This document shows, piece by piece, positions 43,135 through 52,534 of a DNA stretch of 64,000 nucleotides (position 1 is its first letter; each line of letters opens with the position of its first letter). This stretch comes from Candidatus Entotheonellaceae bacterium (GTDB lineage Bacteria > Tectomicrobia > Entotheonellia > Entotheonellales > Entotheonellaceae), in the NCBI GenBank assembly GCA_965238075.1, contig OZ250173.1, positions 544,001-608,000 on the forward strand, read 5' to 3'. The position numbers and the translations under genes are program-made. The notes below the pieces were generated by a model that did no database searches, was not told the DNA's origin, and saw only the letters and a list, made by a program, of their open reading frames with translations.

Positions 43135-44100
43135 ATGCAGTCTGTCTGGTGGGATTGTTGGCACCGGGTGAGCGGCTTGGCAAACCGCAGAACCCTCTTC
43201 GCGTTGCCCTTGCTCATGCTGCTTATTCTCGGCAGCGGCACGCTGAGTCTGGCGTATTTCGAGGCGCTGCCTACGGTGGGCGCCATATGGTGGCGCGTGC
43301 TCGGCGCCGTCACCATGCTGGCCGCCCTGGGCCTGTTGGCAACCGTCGGCACCTCAATGGTCGGCTTGGTGGTCAGCGCGCGCTCCGATGCCCGGCTCGC
43401 CCGACTGCAACCCTACAGCGATCATTTCGTCCTGTGCGGCTGGAATACGAAGGCGTTACAGATTCTTGAGGAGTTGAAAAGCGATCAGCGCACCGCCAAC
43501 GCCCCGGTGGTGCTGGTTGCCGACTTGCCCGAAAAGCCGGCCGAGGTGCCGCATTTCGTACGCGGCAATCTGACCCTGAGCACCATGGAGCAAGCCAACC
43601 TGGCGGCTGCCCGTGCCGTCATTGTGCTGGGCGAGTCCGAAGACGACCCCTTTTCCAGCGATGCACGGGCCATCCTGAGCACCCACGCCATCAAATCGGC
43701 GTATCCGGGTTTGTACACCTGCGTTGAGCTTCAGGATGCCAGCAACCTACCCCATTGCCGCAGCGCCCGCGCCGACGAGATCATTGTCGGCGGCGCCCTC
43801 AGCAGCGCCTTGCTGGCCCGCGCCGCCCGCGACCCCGGCGTCACCCGCATCGTCTCGGAACTACTGCGCAGCCGCCGGGGTCACGAGTTGTTCCTATGCC
43901 CCACGCCGGTCGGCGTCGTCGGCAAAACGTTCCTGGAAACCCTCGTGGAACTGAAACGGGATTACAATCTGTTGGTCGTCGGCATCCAGAGCGGCGAGGA
44001 CATCCTGCACACCAACCCGCCCGGCACCTACCAGATACGGGCCATTGACCGACTCTACATCATCGCCGCCGAGCGCCCTTCGTTCGCCCCTGTGCGATAG
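43135..44100 (+). CDS. RCK (TrkA_N/TrkA_C) K+ channel homologue lacking pore loop
   Basis: Two TM helices, HFVLCGWN, FVRGN, ADEIIV, TrkA_C NPP; no TVGYG motif. Confidence 0.8.
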   Translation: MQSVWWDCWHRVSGLANRRTLFALPLLMLLILGSGTLSLAYFEALPTVGAIWWRVLGAVTMLAALGLLATVGTSMVGLVVSARSDARLARLQPYSDHFVLCGWNTKALQILEELKSDQRTANAPVVLVADLPEKPAEVPHFVRGNLTLSTMEQANLAAARAVIVLGESEDDPFSSDARAILSTHAIKSAYPGLYTCVELQDASNLPHCRSARADEIIVGGALSSALLARAARDPGVTRIVSELLRSRRGHELFLCPTPVGVVGKTFLETLVELKRDYNLLVVGIQSGEDILHTNPPGTYQIRAIDRLYIIAAERPSFAPVR

Positions 44101-44105
44101 GCCGC

Positions 44106-44513
44106 TCAATTCGCACTGTAATAACGCACCTCGATCCGCCGGGCCTCGGGGTCCGAAAAATAGATCGACGTGCCGTTGCCGTGCGCCCCCCAGCGCGTTA
44201 CCGGTCCCTCCTCAATTGCCACACCGTGCGCCGCCAAATGCGTCATTAAACGCGGCATGTCGTTCTCGCTCAGCACCAGGCAGAAGTGGTTGAGATCGCT
44301 GCGCTCAGGCGTTGCGTCGTCGCTTTCGGCAACAGGAAACAGGTCGATGACCGTATCGGCGCTGATCCGCACGGACGGAAATGGCGCCTCTCCACGCCGG
44401 AACTCCGCCAGCCGCTCTACCGGCAGCCCCAGCACGTCCTGATAGAAATCCAGCACCCCATCCATGTCGCGCACGTTCAGAACGATGTGATCCATAGCCG
44501 TCATACGGAACAT
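44106..44513 (-). CDS. VOC/glyoxalase family protein
   Basis: DHIVLNVRD, FYQDVLG, NHFCL, SIYFSDPE. Confidence 0.9.
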   Translation of the reverse strand: MFRMTAMDHIVLNVRDMDGVLDFYQDVLGLPVERLAEFRRGEAPFPSVRISADTVIDLFPVAESDDATPERSDLNHFCLVLSENDMPRLMTHLAAHGVAIEEGPVTRWGAHGNGTSIYFSDPEARRIEVRYYSAN

Positions 44514-44552
44514 GTTTCGATTCTCCGTGGAGCGTTCGGGGCGGGGACGGAC

Positions 44553-44774
44553 TTACTCCTCCACCTCGTCGTCGCCGGGCGCCACCGAGCGCAAGTCATT
44601 TTCCGATGCTGGGTCGCCCGGCAGTCGGTAGTCACCGGAAGCCCAGACGCCCAGGTCGATCAAGCGGCAGCGCTCGGAGCAAAAGGGGTAGGTCGTCGTT
44701 TCGGGCCACGTCACCTCGCGGTCACATTGCGGACACTGCCGGCGTAACTGTCGTCTGGCGCGGTCTTCATTCAT
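44553..44774 (-). CDS. yacG: DNA gyrase inhibitor YacG
   Basis: CPQC...PFCSERCRLIDLGVWASGDY. Confidence 0.92.
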   Translation of the reverse strand: MNEDRARRQLRRQCPQCDREVTWPETTTYPFCSERCRLIDLGVWASGDYRLPGDPASENDLRSVAPGDDEVEE

Positions 44775-44813
44775 CGACTGGCCTCGTTAGCGGGGGCACT
44801 GGGCAGGTTGGCC

Positions 44814-45092
44814 CTAGGCATCGAGTTGATCCTCAGCCAGCAGGGGGGTGTGCTGGCAAGCTTCCAACTGGGTACAGGTGTATTGCAGGGTTTCTTCGGC
44901 GTGTTCCAGGATGTGGTCGGCGTACTCGCTGTCGCCGTGATTGACGGCGAAGTCGGCAGCGGTGAACTGCGCCTCAGCGGCACAACTGGCGTCAACAATA
45001 AAAGTTTCCCGATGTTCGACAGATACTCGGAATCGCACGAAAATCACCTCATCTCTATGCTCTACTCCGCGCGGACGGTTGGCATCACCCAC
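44814..45092 (-). CDS. Hypothetical acidic protein
   Basis: 92-aa ORF co-oriented between cinA and yacG; no motif recognised. Confidence 0.4.
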   Translation of the reverse strand: MGDANRPRGVEHRDEVIFVRFRVSVEHRETFIVDASCAAEAQFTAADFAVNHGDSEYADHILEHAEETLQYTCTQLEACQHTPLLAEDQLDA

Positions 45093-45166
45093 CCTCTGAC
45101 GGCCCGCGTCAGCCTAGCACAGCCCTCCAACACTGTCTACGCGCTCCCTGGCCATGTCCGCACACC

Positions 45167-46444
45167 CTACCTAGCGGTTTTTTCGAAATCGATCTTCTCG
45201 TCGACCGGCAGCCCTTGCAACAACCGCCGCACGCTATCGAGCGCCATTTCAATCGCTCCCAGCCGCACCCAATCGCGCCCACCGGCCAGATAACTGCAGC
45301 GACTCGCAACGCCATTCCCCGCAACGATGGCGAGCGCAATGGTGCCCCCCTCTTCGCGGCCGTCGGCGTCCGCCTGCATGTCCACCAAGACCGATAATCC
45401 ATGCGAGGCGCCACTTTGCCGGCGCGCCGCCTGAGCCACCGATGCGGCCAGAGCCGCCGTCGGCGCCCCATCGGGCGGCGTCTCGGGCATGGACAACGCC
45501 GCGGCCAATTCTGCACCACTGTTTACCACCGTGCCGCGGCGAAACACCCTCTCGGCGCCGGGCAGCGCCACCAACCGAGCTGCTACCTGCCCACCGGTCA
45601 GCGTTTCGGCAACCGCCAAGGTCGCCCGCCGCTCAGTCAGTTGTGACAACACCACACCCTCCAAGGTTTCGTCGTCTTCGGCCAGGATGAAGTTGCCGAT
45701 GCGCCGCCGAACCTCGTGCTCCACTGGCGCCAGCTTGGCCGCCATGTCTGCCTGATCCTGTCCGCGCACCGTGAGCTTGGTCTCCAATTGCGGGTAGTGG
45801 GCGCGAAAACCGAGCTTCACGCTGCCCTCCGGCGCCAAGGCCGCCACGCCGTCGAGCAGGGCATCCACATGCGATTCCCCCAGCCCGAAGGAGTGAAACC
45901 GTTTCAGATGAATCACCGCTTGGCTACCGCTGCGTTGCAGCAGGCGCGGCAGAATTTCGTGCTCCAGCATGGGCCGCAATTCGCGCGGCACGCCGGGGGT
46001 GAAATAAAACCGCGCCTTGCCGATGGTGACGCCGAAGCCGCACGCCGTGCCTACTCGATTGTCGATGAGTTCGGCCCCAACCGGCAGCATGGCCTGCTTG
46101 ACGTTGTTCGACGACATCTCGCGTCCGCGCCGCACGAACATTTCTTTCATACGCGCCAGCCAGCCCTCGTGCAGTTCCAACTCCACCCCCGCCGCCTGTG
46201 CCGCCACTTCCTGCGACAGGTCATCAACGGTCGGACCCAACCCCCCGTTGACAATCACCGCGTCAGCCCGCTCGCCGGCAGACCGAAATGCTTGCAGCAG
46301 GTCCTCGCGGTCATCGCCGACGGTCGTCTCCCATTTGACGGACAAGCCGTGATCTTCAAGTTTCTGGGTGATGTACGTGAAGTTCGTGTTCACGATCTTG
46401 CCGGTCAAGACTTCGTCGCCTGTGCAAATGACCTCGATGCGCAT
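45167..46444 (-). CDS. cinA: CinA family protein (MoCF-like domain plus degenerate PncC domain)
   Basis: TGDEVLTG, VGDD, GGLGPTVDD, PGVPRE, FGLGES; C-domain AVAETLTGG. Confidence 0.85.
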   Translation of the reverse strand: MRIEVICTGDEVLTGKIVNTNFTYITQKLEDHGLSVKWETTVGDDREDLLQAFRSAGERADAVIVNGGLGPTVDDLSQEVAAQAAGVELELHEGWLARMKEMFVRRGREMSSNNVKQAMLPVGAELIDNRVGTACGFGVTIGKARFYFTPGVPRELRPMLEHEILPRLLQRSGSQAVIHLKRFHSFGLGESHVDALLDGVAALAPEGSVKLGFRAHYPQLETKLTVRGQDQADMAAKLAPVEHEVRRRIGNFILAEDDETLEGVVLSQLTERRATLAVAETLTGGQVAARLVALPGAERVFRRGTVVNSGAELAAALSMPETPPDGAPTAALAASVAQAARRQSGASHGLSVLVDMQADADGREEGGTIALAIVAGNGVASRCSYLAGGRDWVRLGAIEMALDSVRRLLQGLPVDEKIDFEKTAR

Positions 46445-46724
46445 GATGCTCCCTGTATGGTTCAAGTAAAGAGCGGCCTTGAAGATGCCATCTCAAGTGG
46501 ACAGGGCATTCAACTTGGACAGCCTCCCTGTCCCGCTGATCCCTCAGCTGTGCAGTGATGCCTCAAGACCGAAGAGACCAGAAATGTCTTCCCTGCTCAA
46601 CACTCGTCGGCATGTTTCCCTCACTTTCGTTCATCATGCCAAGTCCGGCCCTGCCAAGTTTCCGGCCAGTGTTTTCTCTCTGACAATCTCACTGGTACAG
46701 ACGGGTCGCCGCTTCATGCGTCCG

Positions 46725-47861
46725 CTACCCCGCCCGGCGCGCCACGACGAACGACTCGTCAGTGAACCACAGGGATTGGTGTTTCTGCAGGACGGTCTGG
46801 GTAGCTTGCAGGTAAGCGCCCTGGCTCATGGCCTGCTGCAGCAAGTCGTCCTCGATCTGGGCGACGTAAATGGCAGCGTTCCAGGCGGCGAGGAGGGTGG
46901 AGGTGCCGATGTTGTTGGTGATTTCCCAGGGCTGGGTGTGCAGGACGTAATTGAACTCGGAGCGTGCTTTGTTGTAGGGGTGGTATGTCAGGTCCGGTTC
47001 GCTCTCCTGCAATTGGCTGCGCAATTCCTTGAGCAGGGCTTGGCGTGGGGTGCGAAAGGGGTCCTCATCCGGCCACACCGCACGAATGATCTCCATGCCG
47101 GGATCGCGTCCGGTGGATTGAAAGGTCACCAGCCGGCCGCCGGGCGCCAGGCTGTGGACCAACGGCGCCAGGACGTTGCGGACCTTGAGCGGCGCGGGCA
47201 GACGGGCGCGAAAAGGCTGCGAGGCGATGACGAGGTCGTATTGATGATCTTGCTGATCCGGCTGCGGGATGATCGGATCGAGAACGAATTTGTGGTCAGC
47301 GCGGTACAGAATCAGCACCGACGGCGTCACATACAGCGGATTGCCGGTGCGCTGGCTCGTCGTGGCCTGCCAGCCCTCCCGCAGGTAGCTTTGCAACTCA
47401 TTGATCTGCTGATTGAATTCATAGGCCGTCGTACCCTGCAGGGGAACGCCCCACCAGTTCATCTTGGCTTGCATGGCCGGGTTGCGCGGGCGCAGCCACG
47501 GCGCCTCGGAGTAGAACATGTTGGTGACCACCAGCACTGTCTGCGGGTGCTCGAAAAAGCGGTCCCCCATGCGCCCCAGGCTGATGCGCACGTCTTCCAG
47601 GCTGACCTCCTTGCCGACGACCAGAAAGGGGATGGTCGGAAAGCGGTGGTGCAACTGCCGCATCACCTGGCTGAGCACGGTCGCGTCGCCCATGCCGGCG
47701 TCGAAGACTCGCAATGCAGGGGGCAACGGTCGCAGGTGCTTGAACTCCATGCCGACGCGGTCGGCAACAACCCATTTTTCGCTGCACGTGGTCACGAACA
47801 ACAGGTATTTTTCGCGGTTGTCGAAGAAGCGAAAATGCTGTATGTCAGTAGCGGTTTCCAT
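46725..47861 (-). CDS. Conserved hypothetical protein with class I SAM-methyltransferase-like motif
   Basis: VFDAGMGDAT motif-I-like, YDLVIASQP, LAPGGRL; RBS GAGGAG. Confidence 0.7.
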   Translation of the reverse strand: METATDIQHFRFFDNREKYLLFVTTCSEKWVVADRVGMEFKHLRPLPPALRVFDAGMGDATVLSQVMRQLHHRFPTIPFLVVGKEVSLEDVRISLGRMGDRFFEHPQTVLVVTNMFYSEAPWLRPRNPAMQAKMNWWGVPLQGTTAYEFNQQINELQSYLREGWQATTSQRTGNPLYVTPSVLILYRADHKFVLDPIIPQPDQQDHQYDLVIASQPFRARLPAPLKVRNVLAPLVHSLAPGGRLVTFQSTGRDPGMEIIRAVWPDEDPFRTPRQALLKELRSQLQESEPDLTYHPYNKARSEFNYVLHTQPWEITNNIGTSTLLAAWNAAIYVAQIEDDLLQQAMSQGAYLQATQTVLQKHQSLWFTDESFVVARRAG

Positions 47862-48026
47862 GCGGCGCGGTCTCTCCTCGAAGGTATACGACATGGCGGG
47901 TGGTTGTAGCGTAGGGTCGGTTCAAAGTCAACGCCGCCACGCCGCTCGCCCCTGTCTACGGGACGGTAGGCATCGAACACGTCAACAGCGTCACGCAAGC
48001 AGCCCGTCATAGTGGAGGTTTATTAA

Positions 48027-48911
48027 ATGAACGCGCATTCATTTGTAGAAGTTTTGGAATCGGGAAAATTTGTCGTCACTGCCGAGTTGAACCCGCCCAA
48101 GGGCACCAACCTCGAGCCGCTGTTTGCGCACGCCGAACGACTCAAGGACGACATCGACGCGTTCAACCTGACCGATTCGCACAGCGCCCGCATGAGCATG
48201 GCGCCCATGGGGGCGGCGTCCCTGCTGGTGCAACGGGGCATCGAACCAATCATGCAGGTCACCTGCCGCGACCGCAACCGCATTGCCCTGCAATCCGACC
48301 TGCTGGCCGCCCACGCGCTGGGGGTGCGCAACGTGCTGACGATGACCGGCGACACCCCGGCGGCCGGCGATCACCCGGACGCCAAGGGGGTGTTCGATGT
48401 TGACGGAATCGGCCTGCTGCAGGCCGTTGCCGCCCTGCAATCGGGCCAGGACCTCGGCCGCCAATCCCTGCGCGGCGCGCCTGATTTCTGTGTCGGCGCG
48501 GTGGTCAACCCCGGCGCCCCCGACCTGCAAAAGGAACTCGGCCGCATGCGCGACAAGATGGCTTGCGGCGCCCGCTTTTTCCAAACCCAGGCGGTGTACG
48601 ATCCGGCGGCGTTCGCGGCATTCATGCAGGAAGTGCGGGACGATAAGGTGTCGATTCTCGCCAGTTGCATCGTGCTCAGGTCGGCGAACATGGCCCGCCG
48701 GCTGAATACGGTGCCGGGTATTTCCATCCCCGAACACCTGATCAAAGAGATGGAAGACGCTGCCGACCCGGCGCGTCAAGGCATCGCCATCGCCGGACGC
48801 ATCATCCGGGAACTCAAGAGCCTGGCCCACGGCATTCACCTCATTGCCATCGGACAGGAGAGCCGTATCCCCGAAATCCTTGACGAAGCCGGTCTATCCA
48901 ACATGGAATGA
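48027..48911 (+). CDS. metF: Methylenetetrahydrofolate reductase
   Basis: ELNPPKG, TCRDRNRIALQ, TGD, GARFFQTQAVYD. Confidence 0.9.
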   Translation: MNAHSFVEVLESGKFVVTAELNPPKGTNLEPLFAHAERLKDDIDAFNLTDSHSARMSMAPMGAASLLVQRGIEPIMQVTCRDRNRIALQSDLLAAHALGVRNVLTMTGDTPAAGDHPDAKGVFDVDGIGLLQAVAALQSGQDLGRQSLRGAPDFCVGAVVNPGAPDLQKELGRMRDKMACGARFFQTQAVYDPAAFAAFMQEVRDDKVSILASCIVLRSANMARRLNTVPGISIPEHLIKEMEDAADPARQGIAIAGRIIRELKSLAHGIHLIAIGQESRIPEILDEAGLSNME

Positions 48912-49054
48912 CTGCGTCGGTTCAGCCCCCTCCCGCAATCGTCCCCTATTTTGTGCCCTGCCTTAAGCTCGTCGGAACCAGCCTGCCAATTTCCTGTTTT
49001 TCATACAGTTACAAGAAAACGCAGCAGAAATTTAAACTTATTGCAATTTGACGG

Positions 49055-49083
49055 TTGACGTTGCAATATCCGTTATGTAACTT
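49055..49083 (+). promoter_or_regulatory. Sigma70 promoter of MerR-like gene
   Basis: TTGACG-17 bp-TAACTT in an AT-rich tract; TTGCAA palindromes at 49041 and 49061. Confidence 0.6.
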
Positions 49084-49127
49084 AGATTTTAGGTTTAATG
49101 CAGTTTGCATTAAAAGGAATTTCCTCC

Positions 49128-49583
49128 GTGGAATACTACGACAGCCGGACGGTCGCCACCCAACTCGGCGTCCCCTATCGCACTCTCATGTACTGGGTGG
49201 AGACGGGATTGATTCAGCCGCATGCCTATTCCGGACGACGGCGCACTCCGGTACGGTTTTCCGTGGAAGACGTCAAGGAGGTCGGTCGCTTGGCGCAATT
49301 GCGAAAATTCCTCCGGGGACAGTCGCTACGAGATGTCCTCAACAGGCTGCGCACCATGGGTTCCAACCCGTTGTCTCAGGGTGATTTTCTGGTGCTGGAG
49401 AATCGCAAGGGCCAGCGCAACGTCATCAAGATCATGCAGAACAACGAAGCTATCCAATTGCTGAACGCCCAACCGGACAGTCAGTTGCGGCTCATCCCTC
49501 TCAGTGGAGACGAGGTGCAGGACGCCATTTCGGCGGGGCGGCAGGAAGTGTTGTTCAGCACGCTGGAAGACGACGTGCCTTAG
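49128..49583 (+). CDS. MerR-type HTH regulator
   Basis: VATQLGVPYRTLMYWVETGLIQP...RFSVEDV. Confidence 0.8.
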   Translation: MEYYDSRTVATQLGVPYRTLMYWVETGLIQPHAYSGRRRTPVRFSVEDVKEVGRLAQLRKFLRGQSLRDVLNRLRTMGSNPLSQGDFLVLENRKGQRNVIKIMQNNEAIQLLNAQPDSQLRLIPLSGDEVQDAISAGRQEVLFSTLEDDVP

Positions 49584-49629
49584 CGTACCGAGAAGCCTGA
49601 ACGGGCAGAAATTTAGGGAAGGGCGTACT

Positions 49630-50421
49630 GTGTCTGACCTGATTCTGTGCGACGAACGTGAGCACATCGCCACCCTCACGCTGAACCGGCCAGCGAAACG
49701 GAACGCCATGTCGCCGGACCTGCTGACCGACCTGTCAGCACACTTGCGACGGCTGGCGGAGAATCCAGACATACGTGTGCTCATTCTTCGCGGTCAGGGC
49801 ACGGAGGCGTTTTCCGCCGGCTACGACATCGGCCATCTGCCCGCCCGTGAGGGCAACGAGCCCCTTCCCGACAGCAACGGCGTCGGACTGTTCCAACGCA
49901 TGCTGGAGCAGGTCCGCGCGTTCCACGCCCCGGTCATCGCCGCGATCCATGGCTTTTGCATGGGTGGCGGGCTGGAGCTGGCCGCCACCTGCGACATCCG
50001 CCTCACCGCCGACACCGGCATATTCTGCATGCCGCCGGCGCGCCTCGGCACCCTCTATTCCGGCGAGGGTCTCCTGCGTTTCGTTAACCTGATCGGCATC
50101 GCCAACACCTGCGAAATCTTCTACACCGCCTGCCGCTTCGACGCCCAGCGTGCTCACCACATGGGTTTGGTCAATCACGTCATCCCGGCAGCGGAACTCG
50201 AACTACGCACGGGCGACATGGCGCAACAGATCGTGCGCAACGCCCCGTTGGCGGTGAAAAATACCAAAACGTCCCTGGCACATGTGCTGCAGTTCCAGGA
50301 TTTTTCGCAGCACGCCGAAACTCTCAAACGCCTGCGTGACGCGTGCATGCAGAGCGACGATTTCCAGGAAGGCCGCCGCGCTTTTCTGGAAAAACGGCCG
50401 CCGCTGTTTCGCGGCGGCTAG
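49630..50421 (+). CDS. Enoyl-CoA hydratase/isomerase family protein
   Basis: LNRPAKRNA, FSAGYDI, GGGLELA, EGRRAFLEKRPP. Confidence 0.92.
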   Translation: MSDLILCDEREHIATLTLNRPAKRNAMSPDLLTDLSAHLRRLAENPDIRVLILRGQGTEAFSAGYDIGHLPAREGNEPLPDSNGVGLFQRMLEQVRAFHAPVIAAIHGFCMGGGLELAATCDIRLTADTGIFCMPPARLGTLYSGEGLLRFVNLIGIANTCEIFYTACRFDAQRAHHMGLVNHVIPAAELELRTGDMAQQIVRNAPLAVKNTKTSLAHVLQFQDFSQHAETLKRLRDACMQSDDFQEGRRAFLEKRPPLFRGG

Positions 50422-50579
50422 GACGGCGTGACCGGGCAAGCGCCGTCACCCCGCCTGCCCATGCCTCCTCAACCCCGCACATTCCTTCCGTTTCTCCTTC
50501 CGCAGTCAGGGGCGGGCCCCGCAGCCCGCCCTCCCCGCCGCCCGGCGTGGCGTAAGGAAGTCGGATGGAAAGCCCCACC

Positions 50580-50966
50580 CTACACGTCAGGCACGAGTCG
50601 GATGAGGACTTCGGTACCGTCGGCGAAAGCTTGGCGCAGCCGCGTCCCCAGGATCCACCACCGCAGCCAGTAACGCCGGCGATAGGTGCGCAAAAGGCGG
50701 GTCTGCAATTCGGGAATATCATCGAGGAGCTCCGCCCGGCACGACAGGCTGGGACCGCTCGGATTGCCGGCGTGCACCGTCACCCGACCGGTCTGGCGAA
50801 TGCGGCGCACCTTCAGGGTATCCCGTTGGCTGCAGAAATAGATGGCGTCGTCATCGAACCGGAACAGGACCGGCACGGTGCCGGATTTGCCGTTGGCGCC
50901 AAAGGTGGTCAGATAAAGAAACTTGGCGCGTTGCAGAGCGCGCTGAAATTCCGGAGATAACGTCAT
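50580..50966 (-). CDS. Pyridoxamine 5'-phosphate oxidase-like (split beta-barrel) protein
   Basis: YLTTFGANG..TVPV.F, KVRRIRQTGRV. Confidence 0.7.
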   Translation of the reverse strand: MTLSPEFQRALQRAKFLYLTTFGANGKSGTVPVLFRFDDDAIYFCSQRDTLKVRRIRQTGRVTVHAGNPSGPSLSCRAELLDDIPELQTRLLRTYRRRYWLRWWILGTRLRQAFADGTEVLIRLVPDV

Positions 50967-51152
50967 GTCCTCACACCCGGCCGCGTCCTGCCAGGGGCGG
51001 CTAATGATTGTTGAGGGTTCAAGTAGAGGGACAGGCCGTCATGGTATCGTAAATCCATCGCCGCTTCCCGATGGCTTCCGACCCGCCCCGCATTTGACAA
51101 TTCCCGCCTGTTCTGAGAAGGTCATGCTCGGGTATCCCCGCTGAATGCCGCT

Positions 51153-52418
51153 TTGGTTCCCAACCACCAACCTCCCCGGACGCATCCATTGAAGCTGCTG
51201 TACATACTCGTTGGCATTCTGTTTGTCAGCCCAATTCCCGTCGCGTGGTCACAACCCGACCCCGCTGCAGGCAAGGCGATCTATGAACGCCTGTGCGTGA
51301 GTTGCCACGGAGCGGACGGCCGCGGCGGTCGCATGGCGCGCATGCTACCGGTGCCGCCGCGCAACCTCGCGGACCCAGCCTATATGCAAGGCCGCTCGGC
51401 GGAACACCTGTTCGCCGTGATCAAAGACGGCAGCGCCGCGGCGGGGTTGTCCAACGCCATGCCCGGCTTTGGCAGCCAACTGGACGACCAGGATATCCGC
51501 AATACGGTCGCCTACGTACAAACGCTGGCCGAAGCGCAGCCGGCGCCGCCCGCGCAGGCCGAAGCCGAACCGCCGGCGGATCTGCGGATCGCACGGCTGC
51601 AGCTTTCCATCTGGCCGGAATATGATGACCCTCGCGTGCTGCTCATCGTGCGGGGCGAATTGGCGCCGGGTGTTGCCTACCCAACGCACGTCACGCTGCC
51701 CATTCCCAAGGGCGCGGAACTGATCGGCGCCGGCATGATCTCCGAACTGGGGGAACTCCTCCTGCATCCGCACCGCGTCATTCCCGGCGACGCCTCGGAC
51801 AGCCTGGAAATCACCCTGCCGTCGCCGGGTTTCTTCGCCGAGTTGTACTTCGACCCCTTTGAGGCTTCCGGCGACGCCAAACGATTCGGCTATACCTTCG
51901 AGGCGCCTCACCCGATAAACCAATTCGACATTGATATCCAAAAGCCTTACACGGCCAGCGAGTTCGGCACCGAGCCGCCCGCCATGGCGCAGGAAACCGA
52001 AGGCCGCGACACCACGTACCACCGCTTCGCCTACCGAGACGTTGCGGCCGGGCAACCGACGACGTTCACCGTCAGCTACGTCAAAACCGACCCGCAGCCC
52101 TCCGTACCCAAGGCCGCTAGCCCGCCGGCCGCCGACAGCCCCGCCGCCCGCGGACCGCAGGACCGCTTGCTGATCTACTTCGGCATTCTGGCAGGCGTCA
52201 CCGCCGCGTACGTGCTGGGCACCCTGCTGTGGATCGCCTACCGGCGCCGGCGTGTCGGTCCTGCATCGCCCGAAACCCAGCCCCTGCCGTTGACCGCACC
52301 GTCTGTCCCGCCACCGGTCGCGCCTGCCGCCACCAATTTCTGCAGCCATTGCGGCCGTGCCCTCGACGCCGATTACGCCTTCTGTCCCGGTTGCGGTCAT
52401 GCCGTTGGCGCGTCATAG
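51153..52418 (+). CDS. Membrane-anchored c-type cytochrome with periplasmic domain and C-terminal zinc ribbon
   Basis: Signal peptide, CVSCH, MPGF, IWPEYDDP domain, TM helix, CSHCG...CPGCG; start uncertain. Confidence 0.82.
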   Translation: MVPNHQPPRTHPLKLLYILVGILFVSPIPVAWSQPDPAAGKAIYERLCVSCHGADGRGGRMARMLPVPPRNLADPAYMQGRSAEHLFAVIKDGSAAAGLSNAMPGFGSQLDDQDIRNTVAYVQTLAEAQPAPPAQAEAEPPADLRIARLQLSIWPEYDDPRVLLIVRGELAPGVAYPTHVTLPIPKGAELIGAGMISELGELLLHPHRVIPGDASDSLEITLPSPGFFAELYFDPFEASGDAKRFGYTFEAPHPINQFDIDIQKPYTASEFGTEPPAMAQETEGRDTTYHRFAYRDVAAGQPTTFTVSYVKTDPQPSVPKAASPPAADSPAARGPQDRLLIYFGILAGVTAAYVLGTLLWIAYRRRRVGPASPETQPLPLTAPSVPPPVAPAATNFCSHCGRALDADYAFCPGCGHAVGAS

Positions 52419-52467
52419 GCAACGCGCGAAGACGACTCCGTTGGTCTGAACAGCAGCTTTAGTGGAG

Positions 52468-52498
52468 TGCCGGATTACGCTTCGCTACTCCGACCTAC
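52468..52498 (-). repeat. GTAG-family REP palindrome
   Basis: Minus strand GTAGGTCGGAGTAGCGAAGCGTAATCCGGCA between convergent genes. Confidence 0.65.
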
Positions 52499-52534
52499 GT
52501 GAAACCGCCAGCCCCCTTAGCCTCACTTGGCGAT

